Shown in pieces: positions 52,779 through 64,000 of a stretch of DNA of 64,000 nt. Both the position numbers and the translations under genes were made by a program. This DNA comes from Octopus sinensis (taxonomy: Eukaryota). The stretch spans positions 10,230,001-10,294,000 of the forward strand of contig NC_043004.1 in the NCBI RefSeq assembly GCF_006345805.1, read 5' to 3'. Under the pieces are notes generated by a model. That model saw nothing but the letters and a program-made list of their open reading frames with translations. It was not told where the DNA came from and did not search any database. Position 1 is the first letter of the stretch. Every line of letters starts with the position of its first letter.

Positions 52779-53140
52779 TTGGGTTGTCCGGAAAGTACGT
52801 GCCGATTTATAGTAGCTTAACTTTCGATTTATTTTAGAATATGGTTGAATCCATAAAATAGGTTTATGTTCCTATAATCTGTGTTAATTCTCTAACCCTT
52901 TAAAATGGAAGATAAAAAAGTTCATTTTCGGCACTTGATGCTTTGGGAACCAGACAAAAATTGCTGCAGCTCGGCTGGGATGTGTTACTCCACCTTCTAT
53001 ATTCACCAGATATTGCTCCTTCGGATTTCCACTTATTCAAGTTTCTGCAGAATAGTCTTAATGGCAAAAATTTCAATTCCTTGGATGACGTAAACAGATA
53101 CCTTGATGAATTATTTGCTATGAAACCACTTCAATTCTGG
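52779..53140 (+). mobile_element. Internally deleted mariner
   Basis: TA|TTGGGTTGTCCGGAAAG TIR; MEDKKVHFRHLMLW fused to LGWDVL.H..YSPDIAPSDFHLF. Confidence 0.88.
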
Positions 53141-53248
53141 GATGAACTTCTAACTTCTTGTCTCATGATGTCTCTGGGTGAGAATTGGAGCCAACATGTA
53201 CAAATGTAAAGCAAAAGTCAAACATAAAATAATAATAATAATAATAAT

Positions 53249-54220
53249 GGAGGAAGGAGACTGATCGGACATCGAGAGCTTAATGAGATCCCTAGCCCAA
53301 AGTAAGGAAACCTTGCTAGTGACAGTTAGGAACGAGGGAGAATTGAGAGCAGAGAAAAAAGGAAAAACAAAAGAAGTGCAAGAAGGACATGAAGAAGAAT
53401 TTTGCAAGGGGGGACTACACAATCAATTCCATGTAGCCACAACAGAAGTTGCTGGAAAAAATAGATGGGAATGGCTGATGAAAGGAACCTTAAGAAAAGA
53501 GAACGAGAGCACTATACTGGCAGTACTGGACCAAGCTCAGAGCACGAATTGGAGGGTCAACCTGAGGAATGAGCAGGTGTCTCCGCTGTGCAGCATCTGC
53601 AATAGTGTGGATGAAACCGTGGCTCATATCACAAACGAATGCCCTACACTTGCCCCAAACCACTACAAGTTGTGGCGATACTACATTGGAAACTGTGCAA
53701 AAAGTGGGGGCTCGAGAGAGGTATGAGAACAAATCGCAGAGAGTGGCAGAGTCGGAAACTAGCAAAATCCTCTGGGATTTCCCAATCCAAACAAATCAGA
53801 TGCTAGAACATAACAGACCGGACCCAGTGGTGATGGATAAGGCACACCACATTTGCTATATAGTTGACGTTGCATGCCCATTTAACCCACGAATAGTCAA
53901 GAAAGAAGGCGAAAAAATAGATACAACCCTCTTATGTACGAAATAGCCCGGCTGTAGAAAATAAAGATGAAGACAGTGCCAATTATTGTTGGGTCCTAGG
54001 GAACAGTATCAGAAGGCATCAAGAGGAATATAGAGGAAATTGGAATAGAGTGCCCAGTAGAACAGTTACAAAAGGTTTGCCTCCTTGGCACGGCCAGAAT
54101 AATCAGGGAAGTATTAGATAGCTGAAAAGAACTAATAACAGAGTACCGTAGGCTGCAGGTAGTAAGCCAGCTATGTATGAAGACTTCAGGAGTTCCAACA
54201 AAACCTGTGATAAGGAGAAA
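53249..54220 (+). pseudogene. 5'-truncated R4/Dong-type LINE (CCHC plus REL endonuclease) flanked by (AAT)n
   Basis: CSICNSVDETVAHITNECP; ILWDFPIQT...HNRPD...VDVACP; LQKVCLLGTARII. Confidence 0.9.
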
Positions 54221-54239
54221 ATAATAATAATAATTATTA

Positions 54240-54870
54240 TTTCTACTCTAGGCACAAGGCCATAAAACATTTTTTGGGAAAGGGGGCTAGTCGATTACAT
54301 TGACCCCAGTGCATAACTGGTACTTATTTCATCGCTCCCGAAAGGATGAAAGGCAAAGTCGACCTCGGTGGAATTTGAACTCAAAACGTAACAGCAGACA
54401 AAATACCTATTTCTTTACTACCCACAAGGGCTACACACAGACTGGACAAACAAGGACAGACACACGGATTAAGTTGATTATATCGATCCCAGTGCGTAAC
54501 TGGTACTTATTTTAATCGACCCCGAAAGGATGAAAGGCAAAGTCGACCTCGGCAGAATTTGAACTCAGAACGTAGCGGCAGACGAAATACTACTAAGCAT
54601 TTCGCCCGACGTGTTAACGTTTCTGCCAGCTCGCCGCCTTAATAATAATTCTTATTTTAAAGTTTTTCCACAAGAACAGCTTGTGGGAAAGTGGGGATGA
54701 GTCGATTACATCGACCCCAGTGCTCAGCTGGTACTCATTTTATCGACCCCTGAAGGATGAAAGGTAAAGTCGATCTCGGCGGAATTTTAACTCAGAATAT
54801 ACCAATAGGAGAAATACCGCTAAGCATTTCGTCCAACGTGCTAACGGTACTGCCAGCTAGCCGCCTTAAA
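54240..54870 (-). mobile_element. Cluster of three family-A SINE copies
   Basis: Consensus matches ending at ~54640 and ~54866. Confidence 0.85.
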
Positions 54871-54891
54871 TAATAATAATAATAATAATAG

Positions 54892-54937
<46 letters not shown>

Positions 54938-54960
54938 TAATAATATAATAATAATAATAA

Positions 54961-57900
54961 AAGAACTGAAAACCACAGAGCCCAAAATGGACCACCGACC
55001 ATACCTCCCAAGAATAAAAATAAACGCAATAACAACACCAATTATAAACAACATAAACCTAGCCGTCACTGAACTAGCCACTGAAACAAAAAAAAAGTGA
55101 TATCACTGAACTAAATGACTTGATATACGCAGCAGCCACTGCAGCCACAAAAGAAGCTGGATACTCACCCAAACCCGCCCAAACAGGAGTACCACCACCC
55201 AAACAAACCCTGTGGATAAATAACATCCAAGACAAAATAAAAAAAAATTAGAAAAGACCTGTCGATTCTTAATGAAATCAGCAAACAAACAACGCTACTG
55301 AGCAACAAAAAGAGAACAAAAATGCTCCGCAAATATAACATCACAGAAAAAGATTTGCCGGAGATAAAAGAAAAGCTGAAGCAAGATATCCTTGCCAAAG
55401 CTCAAAGGATCCGCCGGTACGAGAAACGCCAACGCTTCTTTGAACAGAACAAAAAGTTCAACTCCGACCCCAAAAAGTTCTACCAAAAGACTGGGAAAAA
55501 ATAAAATAGAAGTCACTGCAGCACCAACGGCAGAAGAATTGGAAGAATTCTGGAGAAATATGGTCGGCGAACGAACAGCCAAAAAAAGGAGTACCAAATA
55601 ACAAACTCGGCATCTGAACAACTTTGGACCCCCATAACAACTGAAGAGGTCACCCAGGCACTGCAAAAACTAAGCAACTGGAAGGCACCTGGGCATGACA
55701 AGATCCCCAACTTCTGGTTGAAATATCTAACAGGAATGCACAAAATCTGGCTGAAAACTTTAACAGCATACTGGCAGAGCCAGAGACAATGCCTGAATGG
55801 CTCACGAAGGGGAAAACCATCTTAATTCCCAAATCAAATGAAACAACAAAACCAGAAAACTACAGACCAATAACCTGCCTCCCTACTATGTTCAAGGCAT
55901 TTACTGCAGTGATATCACAAAGGCTGAACAAGCACCTGGACGAAAACAAACTGTTCCCAGAAGAGCAGAAAGGATGCCGCAAAGGCTCATATGGCTGTAA
56001 AGATCAACTAATGATTAATAAAGCCGTAACTGAAGACAGCCACAGAAAGAAGAAAGGCCTCAGTATGGCCTGGATTGACTACAAAAAGGCGTTTGATAGC
56101 ATCCCCCACACATGGATCCTCGAAACACTAGCCATTAACAAGTAGCACCCACAATCATAAAATTCATAGAGCACTCTATGAATAAATGGCAAACAGTCCT
56201 ACACCTCCAAACAAAAGAGGGACTCATGAAAACCAAAGACATCCCCATTAGAAGAGGAATATTCCAGGGAGACACGCTCTCTCCACTCCTTTTCTGCTTG
56301 GCACTGTCACCTCTATCTGATATGCTAAATAGAACTGGATGCGGATATAAATGTTACGGCAAAACGATCAGCCACCTTTTTATATATGGATGACCTAAAA
56401 CTATACGCTGCAAATGACAAACAGCTGGAAACACTATTAAAGACAGTTCATGGATTTACCAAAGAAATAGTTATGAAATTTGGATTAGAAAAATGCGCCA
56501 AAGTAACCATGAAAAGAGGAAACTATATTAAGAGTAACAACATCACACTAGACAAAACCAATGAAATAAAAGAATTAGACCAAAGCCAAACTTACAAATA
56601 CTTAGGATCCCTGAACTAGATAAGACACAACACACACAAATGAAAGAGAAAATAAAAAAAGAATATTATAGACGAGTTAGATCAATACTAAAAACAGACC
56701 TCAATGCTAAAAACAAGATAATAGGTATCAACACTTAGCTGTCCCAGTTATAAGTTACAGCTACAATATCCTTAACTGGACACGAAATGAACTGTCCAAA
56801 ATAGATAGGAAAACAAGAAAAATACTGACAGGATCTAGGATGCATCACCCAAAATCTGACATAGAAAGACTATATATACAACGTATAGAAGGTGGTAGAG
56901 GCCTTATACAGCTGGAAAACTACTATAAAATAACCACCATCGGACTGCAAAAATACCTACTTCAGAAGGAAGGAAAACTGATCCAGATAGCAGCAAAACA
57001 CGAGCAAAACAAAAAACTGTTCTCAGTATTTAAGGAAGCTGACAAATACAAACAAGAAATCATACCACCTAATAAACACAAAGAAGAAGAAGATGATGAA
57101 GAACAACAAAAGCTATAAAACAATGAAATCCAAACTAAAAATAGAACAGCAACGAGCCATGATAAAACGATGGCAAGAAAAGCCCCTTCATGGTAAATAC
57201 TGCACTAAACTAAACGCAAAAGAAATAGACAAAGAAAAATCCCAGCAATGGTTGAGAAGCTCAGGACCCAAAGCAGAAACAAGGGATTTTTAATTGCAGC
57301 ACAAGACCAAAGCCTCCCCACCAGAAATTACCAAAAACATGTAATGAAAAGAAATATTACAAGTAACTGCAGAATATGTGGAGATGGACAAGAAACAATA
57401 AATCATATTATCTCTAGCTGCCCAGTCCTGGCTAAGAAGGAATATATTCACAGACATGACAGAGTTGGAACCTACATACATTGGAAGCTATGCCAACATT
57501 ATGGAATACAACAAAAAAAGATGGTATAGGCACACACCAGAAAAGGTCACAGAAAACGAGAAAGCAACCATACTCTGGGATATGCCGATACACACAGATA
57601 GAGAATTAAGGCCAACAGACCAGATATAGTTGTCAGAGATCATGAAGAAAAAGATGCTTTCTAATTGATGTATCAATATCGGCAGATGACAACGTGTCTC
57701 TAAAAGAAATGGAGAAACTCTCAAAATACAAAGACCTGGAAATAGAGGTAACTAGAATGTGGAACCTGAAAACAGAAACAATTCCTATCATAGTAGGTGC
57801 ATTAGGCATGATAAAAAAATATTCAGACAAATACATAACGAAAACACCAGGACTTACAAACACATATAACATACAGAAAATTGCACTACTAGGCACTGCA

Positions 57901-58030
57901 CACATCCTACGCAGAACACTTTCCATACAATAACCATCAGAGCATCACAACAAATCACAGCACATACCCAAGGCACACAGAACTGCGCTCGGTAGTGAAG
58001 TGAAAGCACGCTATAAAAATAAAACTACTG
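54961..58030 (+). pseudogene. Near full-length R4/Dong-type non-LTR retrotransposon ORF (RT, CCHC, REL), multiple frameshifts
   Basis: WKAPGHD, NYRPITCL, EQKGCRKG, WIDYKKAFDS, GIFQGDTLSP, YMDDLKL, KFGLEKC, EGGRGL, CRICGDGQETINHIISSC, RPDIV..IDV, KYKDL; (AAT)n on both sides. Confidence 0.95.
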
Positions 58031-58037
58031 AATAATG

Positions 58038-58076
<39 letters not shown>

Positions 58077-59074
58077 GTTTCAAACTTTGGCACATTGCCA
58101 GCAATTTCGGGAGAGAGGCAACTCGATTACATCAATCCGATTCGGCGGAATTTGAACATAATATATTTATAATAATATACAAACTATATTCCGAGAAAAT
58201 ATTTTGCATCACTGACACCCCCCCGCCAACACACACACACATACACACAAAACTATGCTTCAATAAAAAAAAACTTAAACGATTATCGATCCGCTGAATA
58301 TGAGATATGAAACTATCAATCTTCTCTCTCTACATATAATATTGTGTATGTATGCTCTCTGTAAGCTATTTAAACTATGACGATATTTATGATGTCAGAT
58401 ATACAAAGCTGATTGACTACAGAATTATAATCTGTATTCGACTTTTGTTTAAGAAGGAAAATAACTTCGGAATTTGAACTAAAAATATTTACCGTAGGGA
58501 AATTAAGAAATACCCACAAAAATTGCTTAAAAATAAAATCAACGCATACATAGATAATGGAAAATTTATAGTTAATCCTTCAATAAACTTTAAAAAAAAG
58601 ACACTCAACTTTAATCGTTAATTTTAATCATAATTGCAATAATCTCTCTTTAAGTGCACTTTGTAAAGAAGGAGCTGATTTTTAACAATGGAACAAAGTT
58701 ACACTGCAGGAATTTAAATGGAAGTAACTTGTTGCATTCTCTAAATCTAAAGTTACGTAAGACATTTCAGAAAGCTGTTGTATGTTTATATTCTTCCGCT
58801 TACAGTAAACTGTGAGCGGAAGTTACCTTTGCTTTCAAAAAATTAAAAACAGCTTTTAGAGGTTTCCTCATAGATTATTAGTAATATAGCTAAATAAGGG
58901 TAGCGATAATTATGGGGACAAACGTAAATTTACGAATGTATGCATCCGCGCGTGGGTTACATATATATATATATACATACATACATATATATATATATCT
59001 GATCGCCATGTTGATTCGCTAGCCTCTGCACGCATTTTTTTTCTCTCCTTCTTTCTGTGTTTCTTCTCTGTGTA

Positions 59075-59112
59075 TCTTTCTGTTGAAGAGCGTAGGCTCG
59101 AAACGTTAAAGA
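59075..59112 (+). ncRNA. Hammerhead-like motif, best-formed member of the non-canonical core family
   Basis: TCTTT CTGTTGAA GAGC-GTAG-GCTC GAAA CG T T AAAGA; helix I 5 bp, helix II 4 bp, ACGT palindrome; in terminal repeat ~59000-59240. Confidence 0.55.
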
Positions 59113-59302
59113 CTTGTTTTATTTATATTTCTGAGCGCCATACTAATACAATTGTTTGTTTGTATTCCACCTGCCCTCGTCTTTTGTTTATTTCCGTAAA
59201 CCTGCCTTCGTCTTTTGTCTATTTTCATAAAGCTTCCCGTTATATATATATATATATATAATATATATATATATACACCAGATGAAGATATATATATATA
59301 GT

Positions 59303-59575
59303 GGAGGCGCATAGCTCAGTGATTAGAGCGTCGCGATTACGATCGTGAGGTTGTGAGCTCGATTCCCGGCCCGGGGTTCGTGTTGTGTTCTTGAGCAAGA
59401 CACTTTATTTCATGTTGTTTCAGTTAACTCAGCTTTAGAAATGAGTTGCGACATCATTGGTACCAAACTGTATCGGCCTTGCTTTTCCCTTAGAAACAAA
59501 TTTGCCCGGACTTGTGCCTCGGAAGGTAACTTTGTAGGTGCAATCCCATGGTCATTCATGACCGAAGGGGGTCTC

Positions 59576-59578
<3 letters not shown>
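59303..59578 (+). mobile_element. Family-B SINE
   Basis: GGAGGCGCATAGCTCAGTG head through CATTCATGACCGAAGGGGGTC. Confidence 0.85.
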
Positions 59579-59615
<37 letters not shown>

Positions 59616-59715
59616 ACATAATGTACTGAACCGTGATAAAAAATTCAACAAAAAAGTGCTCCATTTGGTGAGAGATAAATAATATTTATTTAAAGGTCAC
59701 AGTACATGTATTAAA

Positions 59716-59768
59716 GGGCTACTAATAGTTTCATATGTTGAGAAAACTCAAACATATTCTTCAGGTGC
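59716..59768 (-). ncRNA. Hammerhead ribozyme motif, canonical core, helix I damaged
   Basis: GCAC CTGAAGA ATATGTTTGAG-TTTT-CTCAACATAT GAAA CT-ATT-AGT A GCCC. Confidence 0.6.
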
Positions 59769-60085
59769 AAACCACATATTATAACGAACTCAAGAAATTG
59801 AATAGTAGAAGACACGCGAAAAGAACTGAGAAGGTAGCATATAGAAAATGTCGACAGTAAACAACGGAAAAACAGAAACTAAAATGTAAAATTAAAAGTA
59901 TAATTAAAAAATAAGAAGGTAAAAAAGCTATTCTCCTTAGACCTTAAATGATAAAGCTTAGACCTTAAATGAAAAGATATCAGTCAGGAATACGCAGAAT
60001 TTTCCAATTCTTCAAAATATATCTATACATACACATACAACCGTTGAAAATTTCTGACCTAGAGTTCAATAGAGATCTAAGGGCC

Positions 60086-60514
60086 TTAGGTCTGAACACG
60101 ATCTGTGCTCTTTAGCCAAAGTCTACATTTATTCAGTGTATTCACATGAGCTATGGATTTTTCAATTACTTTCCATTTAATCACATGCGGAGTTTCGTTA
60201 TCTTTCAAAGTCCATACGTAGCTAACCACCTTCGTAGCTTTACTTTTGTCCCTATGTTGGAAGGAGGCTATGTGATTGGCCGAGCGATTTTTAAATTCAC
60301 TTTCACATAATCCAATGTAGGTCTCCTTATCGTTGGTATTATTATTCAGGGTTGCAGTAACATCTGTTTCATATATGATAGATTTAGTCATACAAGGTTT
60401 GTCAAGTAGACAGGATCCTGGTTCGCGACAGTTGCAACAGGATTCAGGCTCTTGGTATTGACTACGTGTAATGATACAGTTCATACTGGGGCAGCAGCTA
60501 TATGATAATTTCAC
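60086..60514 (-). pseudogene. Penelope-like GIY-YIG endonuclease fragment with Cys-rich linker
   Basis: KLSYSC..CNCR..SCLLDKPC...IIY..V...YIGLCESEFKNR..NH..SF...YVWTLK...IKWKVI...CRL. Confidence 0.85.
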
Positions 60515-60742
60515 AGAACGCCTATTAAGTATTTTTCTGTATCTGTGAGTTACTGGAAAGTGTGTCTAGGAGATTGGTAGATATTTAAGTTCATACATAC
60601 TTACATATATTTCATACATTACGTACACTTATGAAAAATTATGGAAACGGAAAAATATTTCATCTTTCTCTCTTATCTTTTTATATAAATTTTGTCCTCT
60701 TCCTTTGTCATTTATCCACACACGTTCAACACACACACACAC

Positions 60743-60779
<37 letters not shown>

Positions 60780-60784
60780 ACACA

Positions 60785-60817
<33 letters not shown>

Positions 60818-61312
60818 CTCTGCTAATTTCTTTCTCCTTCTTTCTCTCATCTTCTCTCACTTCACTACTTTTGTTCCAGAAAAGAGATTGAGTATCCAAC
60901 TCTTCGTAAAATAAACATTTTGTTTTCCTCTGTTACATTCTATCTTATTTTATATTTCTTTTTTTTTTCTCTATATTTATTTTCTCCCTATTTCTTTATC
61001 TCTGTTATTGTATTTACATATAACTCCCTTTTTTCACTCGGAAAAATTTTGGATAGAATCTTGAGAATCTACGAGAAATTAAAATTGGAATAATAAAAAA
61101 TAAATATCATTCTGCTTTACTTTTCTAATAAACAGCTTTAAAGGGAGATAGAAACTTGGATGAAGTCTGAAGTAATCAACTTTGTCTTCCATTTCAGTTG
61201 ACAATATCGTTAGAATGCAATGTCCTGAAACCTTAGCATATAATGAATTGCGTAAACGCACAAGTTCATCCAGAGGAACGTACAGAGGATATTGACATAA
61301 CTCTGCTTCCCA

Positions 61313-61769
61313 AAAGAAAAGAAAATTGCAACATATGCTTTCTGAAGAAGATTTGCTGGAAGCACTGGATATGTGTCGTAGAATGCGTTAAGAAGACCAT
61401 GGCCAGAGATATTGATATGAGTGTTGATCATCGGATTACCATCACCTCTTTTTTTTAGCAGTGTACAGGTTGAGGATCATCACAGAAGTAAGATATAACA
61501 ATATGAGGTGGGGGTAGGATTTCCATTAATATCCACGTTCTACTTTGTAAACAAAAGAAGGTCGTTTTTGTTACCCCCACCTCATATTGTTATATCTTAC
61601 TTCTGTGATGATCCTCAACCTGTACACTGCTAAAAAAAAGGTGATGGTAATCCGATGATCAACACTCATATCAACATCTCTGGCCATGGTCTTCTTAACG
61701 CATTCCACGACACATATCCAGTGCTTCCAGCAAATCTTCTTCAGAAAGCATATGTTGCAATTTTCTTTT

Positions 61770-61773
<4 letters not shown>
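61313..61773. repeat. Inverted duplication, ~203-bp arms, 55-bp spacer
   Basis: 61313-61516 versus 61572-61773 reverse complement, nearly identical. Confidence 0.95.
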
Positions 61774-61868
<95 letters not shown>

Positions 61869-62158
61869 CAACATAGGACAAGAACGCAAAACATTCAAAT
61901 AGACGACACAAAGAAACGGACGGGTCATTCGAAGCCTCTAATCTTCAGTCAAGAACCGGATCATCCTCGCAATTTCGGCTGATTAATCTTGAGATCATTC
62001 CAATCCGACCAGCCCCCAAGGAAAAAGCTAAGCTACGAGCATTAGATTTCTTGGGAAAAGGATCGAATGTATACGAAACAAGGACAGAAAAACGGACGAT
62101 GCCACACGAATATAAATACAAAAAAACAATAATAATAATAACAGGACAAAAACAACAC

Positions 62159-62205
<47 letters not shown>

Positions 62206-62920
62206 TGTATGTATGTATGTATGTATGTATGTATGTATGCATGTATGTATGTATGTATGTATGTATGTATGTATATAAAGTGACTAAGGGTACTAGTTAG
62301 GACCAGTATTGCTAAAAATAAGTCAAAACAACTCATAGCCACGAGAAAGTACTTATCTTATGACTGACAACGGACGCATGCTCCCTAAGGATCCGGGATA
62401 TAGCCAGATCACCAGTGATTTCGCATTTGATTAATGGTCGTCGGAGGCTCTTACCCGACTGCTTAGGGTTAAGCACATCGCCACGACCTTCGTATCCAGC
62501 TACGCGATCTAAGAAATTTAATTGATTTTAATAGATTCAATGTCACTGAAAATTTCAATTCGATCTCTAATAACACTATGTGACCTTCCTTGACAAACTG
62601 TAGCTCAGTTTTTCAGTAGCAATCTTCGACTTCGTGCATCTCTCCATTCGACTACCTGAATTCCACGTGGTAGGTTCCTGTAAGGAGTCGACGAAACTTC
62701 AAGTAGCACACGGCTGAATCAAACTTTGATTGGAGTTACATATATAACTCTATCAAATGTATTGTGTGCCTCTTTCTTTCGTTTTTCCTTTCACTCGTAG
62801 CATATAAATGCGTATTTCGGTGTATGAATATAAGTAATATATTAATCGTACAATTACATATTTATATAATTTTTTCTGCATATAATTACTGCATAGATTT
62901 TTACATATGTTTATTAAATA

Positions 62921-63070
62921 GGCGCAGAAGTGGCTGTGTGGTAAGAAACTACATGGTTCCGGGTTCAGTTCCACTTCATGGCAACTTGGGCAAGCGCCTT
63001 CTACTATAGCCTAGGGCCGACCAAAGCATTGTGAGTGGATTTGGTAGACGAAAACCGAAAGAAGCCCGTC

Positions 63071-63072
<2 letters not shown>
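62921..63072 (+). mobile_element. tRNA-derived SINE (family E), internally shortened
   Basis: GGCGCAGAAGTGGCTGTGTGGTAAG head, GGGTTCAGTTCC B-like box, CTTGGGCAAG box, tail GAAGCCCGTCG(TA)n. Confidence 0.7.
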
Positions 63073-63103
<31 letters not shown>

Positions 63104-63190
63104 CAATGAAAAATTGTATAAATGCAGAATGCTCGATTGAAAGAAAATTCTAATGAATTGAGAAAATGAAAAAATATAGAAATATATATT

Positions 63191-63232
63191 TATTCAAACC
63201 GGTTTTCGTCATAGTTTGACTTATCAAGAATA
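63191..63232 (-). ncRNA. Complete minimal hammerhead ribozyme motif with U3-A8 core
   Basis: TATTC TTGATAA GTCA-AACTA-TGAC GAAA ACCGGTT T GAATA; helix I 5 bp, helix II 4 bp, perfect AACCGGTT palindrome. Confidence 0.75.
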
Positions 63233-63782
63233 GTTAGGTGAAAAGGTTGTTTTAAAAATGAGAAAGGGGAAAAAAAGTTGCATTGTTTTTTGCAAAAGAA
63301 TAATAGTAGTAAATATGTATAAAAATTAATAGTAGTAAATATGTATAAAAATTAAAAATTAAGTACTCCGATACATTGTGAGTTCGTTGTGTATCTTGAG
63401 TTTAATGATAGTTCATGAAAAAATTACCTTGAGGTATTAGGATCCAATGGGATTAAGGCCATGTGTTGTTTGGTTTAATTTAGGATGTTGGCAAAACAGG
63501 AAGTAGTAGTAATTGTGGTTCTTCAGTTCCTGTGTTGTGAATAAGGGGAGACAACTCTTTTGAGTTCTTAAATAAAAGCTGCTGATAAACCCCAAATTAT
63601 AAAATTGTCATTTTAGCTTCATTTGCATTATCTTTTTTATATAATTGTTTGTTAATTTAACTTTCAGATTTTAACACTTTATTTATATTATTTTCTAATT
63701 ATATAAATTTGCATAGACAATTGCATTTCAGATTATTATATCATAAATAATAAAGATGATGGTAATAACAACAATAGTAAAA

Positions 63783-64000
63783 ATGATATTTAAAGAGAAA
63801 ACAGTTAACGAGGAGACACTCCTGGTATCCTTTGATGTCATCAACCTCTACACCAACATCCCACATGAGTATGGTATAGAGGCAATTGACTTCTGGCTAG
63901 AAAAACACCCAGAGACATTCCCTTTTATTACAGAATCTCTCAAGTTCATTCTGACCAACAATTTTTTTCTCTTCGACGACACGCACTACCGTCAAAAATG
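63783..64000 (+). pseudogene. Penelope-like reverse transcriptase fragment (open to window end)
   Basis: In-frame MIFKEKTVNEETLLVSFDVINLYTNIPHEYGIEAIDFWLEKHP...FILTNNFFLFDDTHYRQK; the FDV..LYT.IP motif is characteristic of PLE RT. Confidence 0.9.

Noticed and set aside
60086-60514. Domain-permuted (N-terminal endonuclease) or selenoprotein-type PLE
   Set aside because: The endonuclease lies directly upstream of the 3' terminal repeat, consistent with the usual C-terminal position; no in-frame TGA or SECIS evidence.
61860-62160. Repeat-like block with minus-strand CTGAAGA...GAAT
   Set aside because: No helix II or III could be formed; possibly a terminal repeat but not supportable as a ribozyme.

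Overview
AT-rich eukaryotic DNA made almost entirely of repeats. I found no intact host gene; nearly all ORF-track entries are microsatellite translations or decayed transposon frames. The SINE families and the (TA)n/(TATG)n/(CA)n load look like an octopod cephalopod genome, which is my inference from pattern recognition. Contents: many tRNA-derived SINEs; LINE remnants (R4/Dong-type RT plus REL endonuclease, one nearly full length; RTE; Tx1/L1; CR1/L2-like); Penelope-like element (PLE) remnants; one Helitron Rep/Pif1 pseudogene and two non-autonomous Helitrons; and Tc1/mariner, maT (DD37D) and Tigger/pogo relics and MITEs. Two signals stand out. (1) At least nine minimal hammerhead-ribozyme-like motifs from several unrelated terminal-repeat families, several directly tied to PLE coding remnants. 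In six of them the catalytic 3-8 tertiary pair is Watson-Crick complementary in three different forms (C-G, U-A, A-U); the other three share an 8-nt non-canonical core. (2) About eight local fold-back inverted duplications of different ages. No ribozyme activity can be shown from sequence alone.
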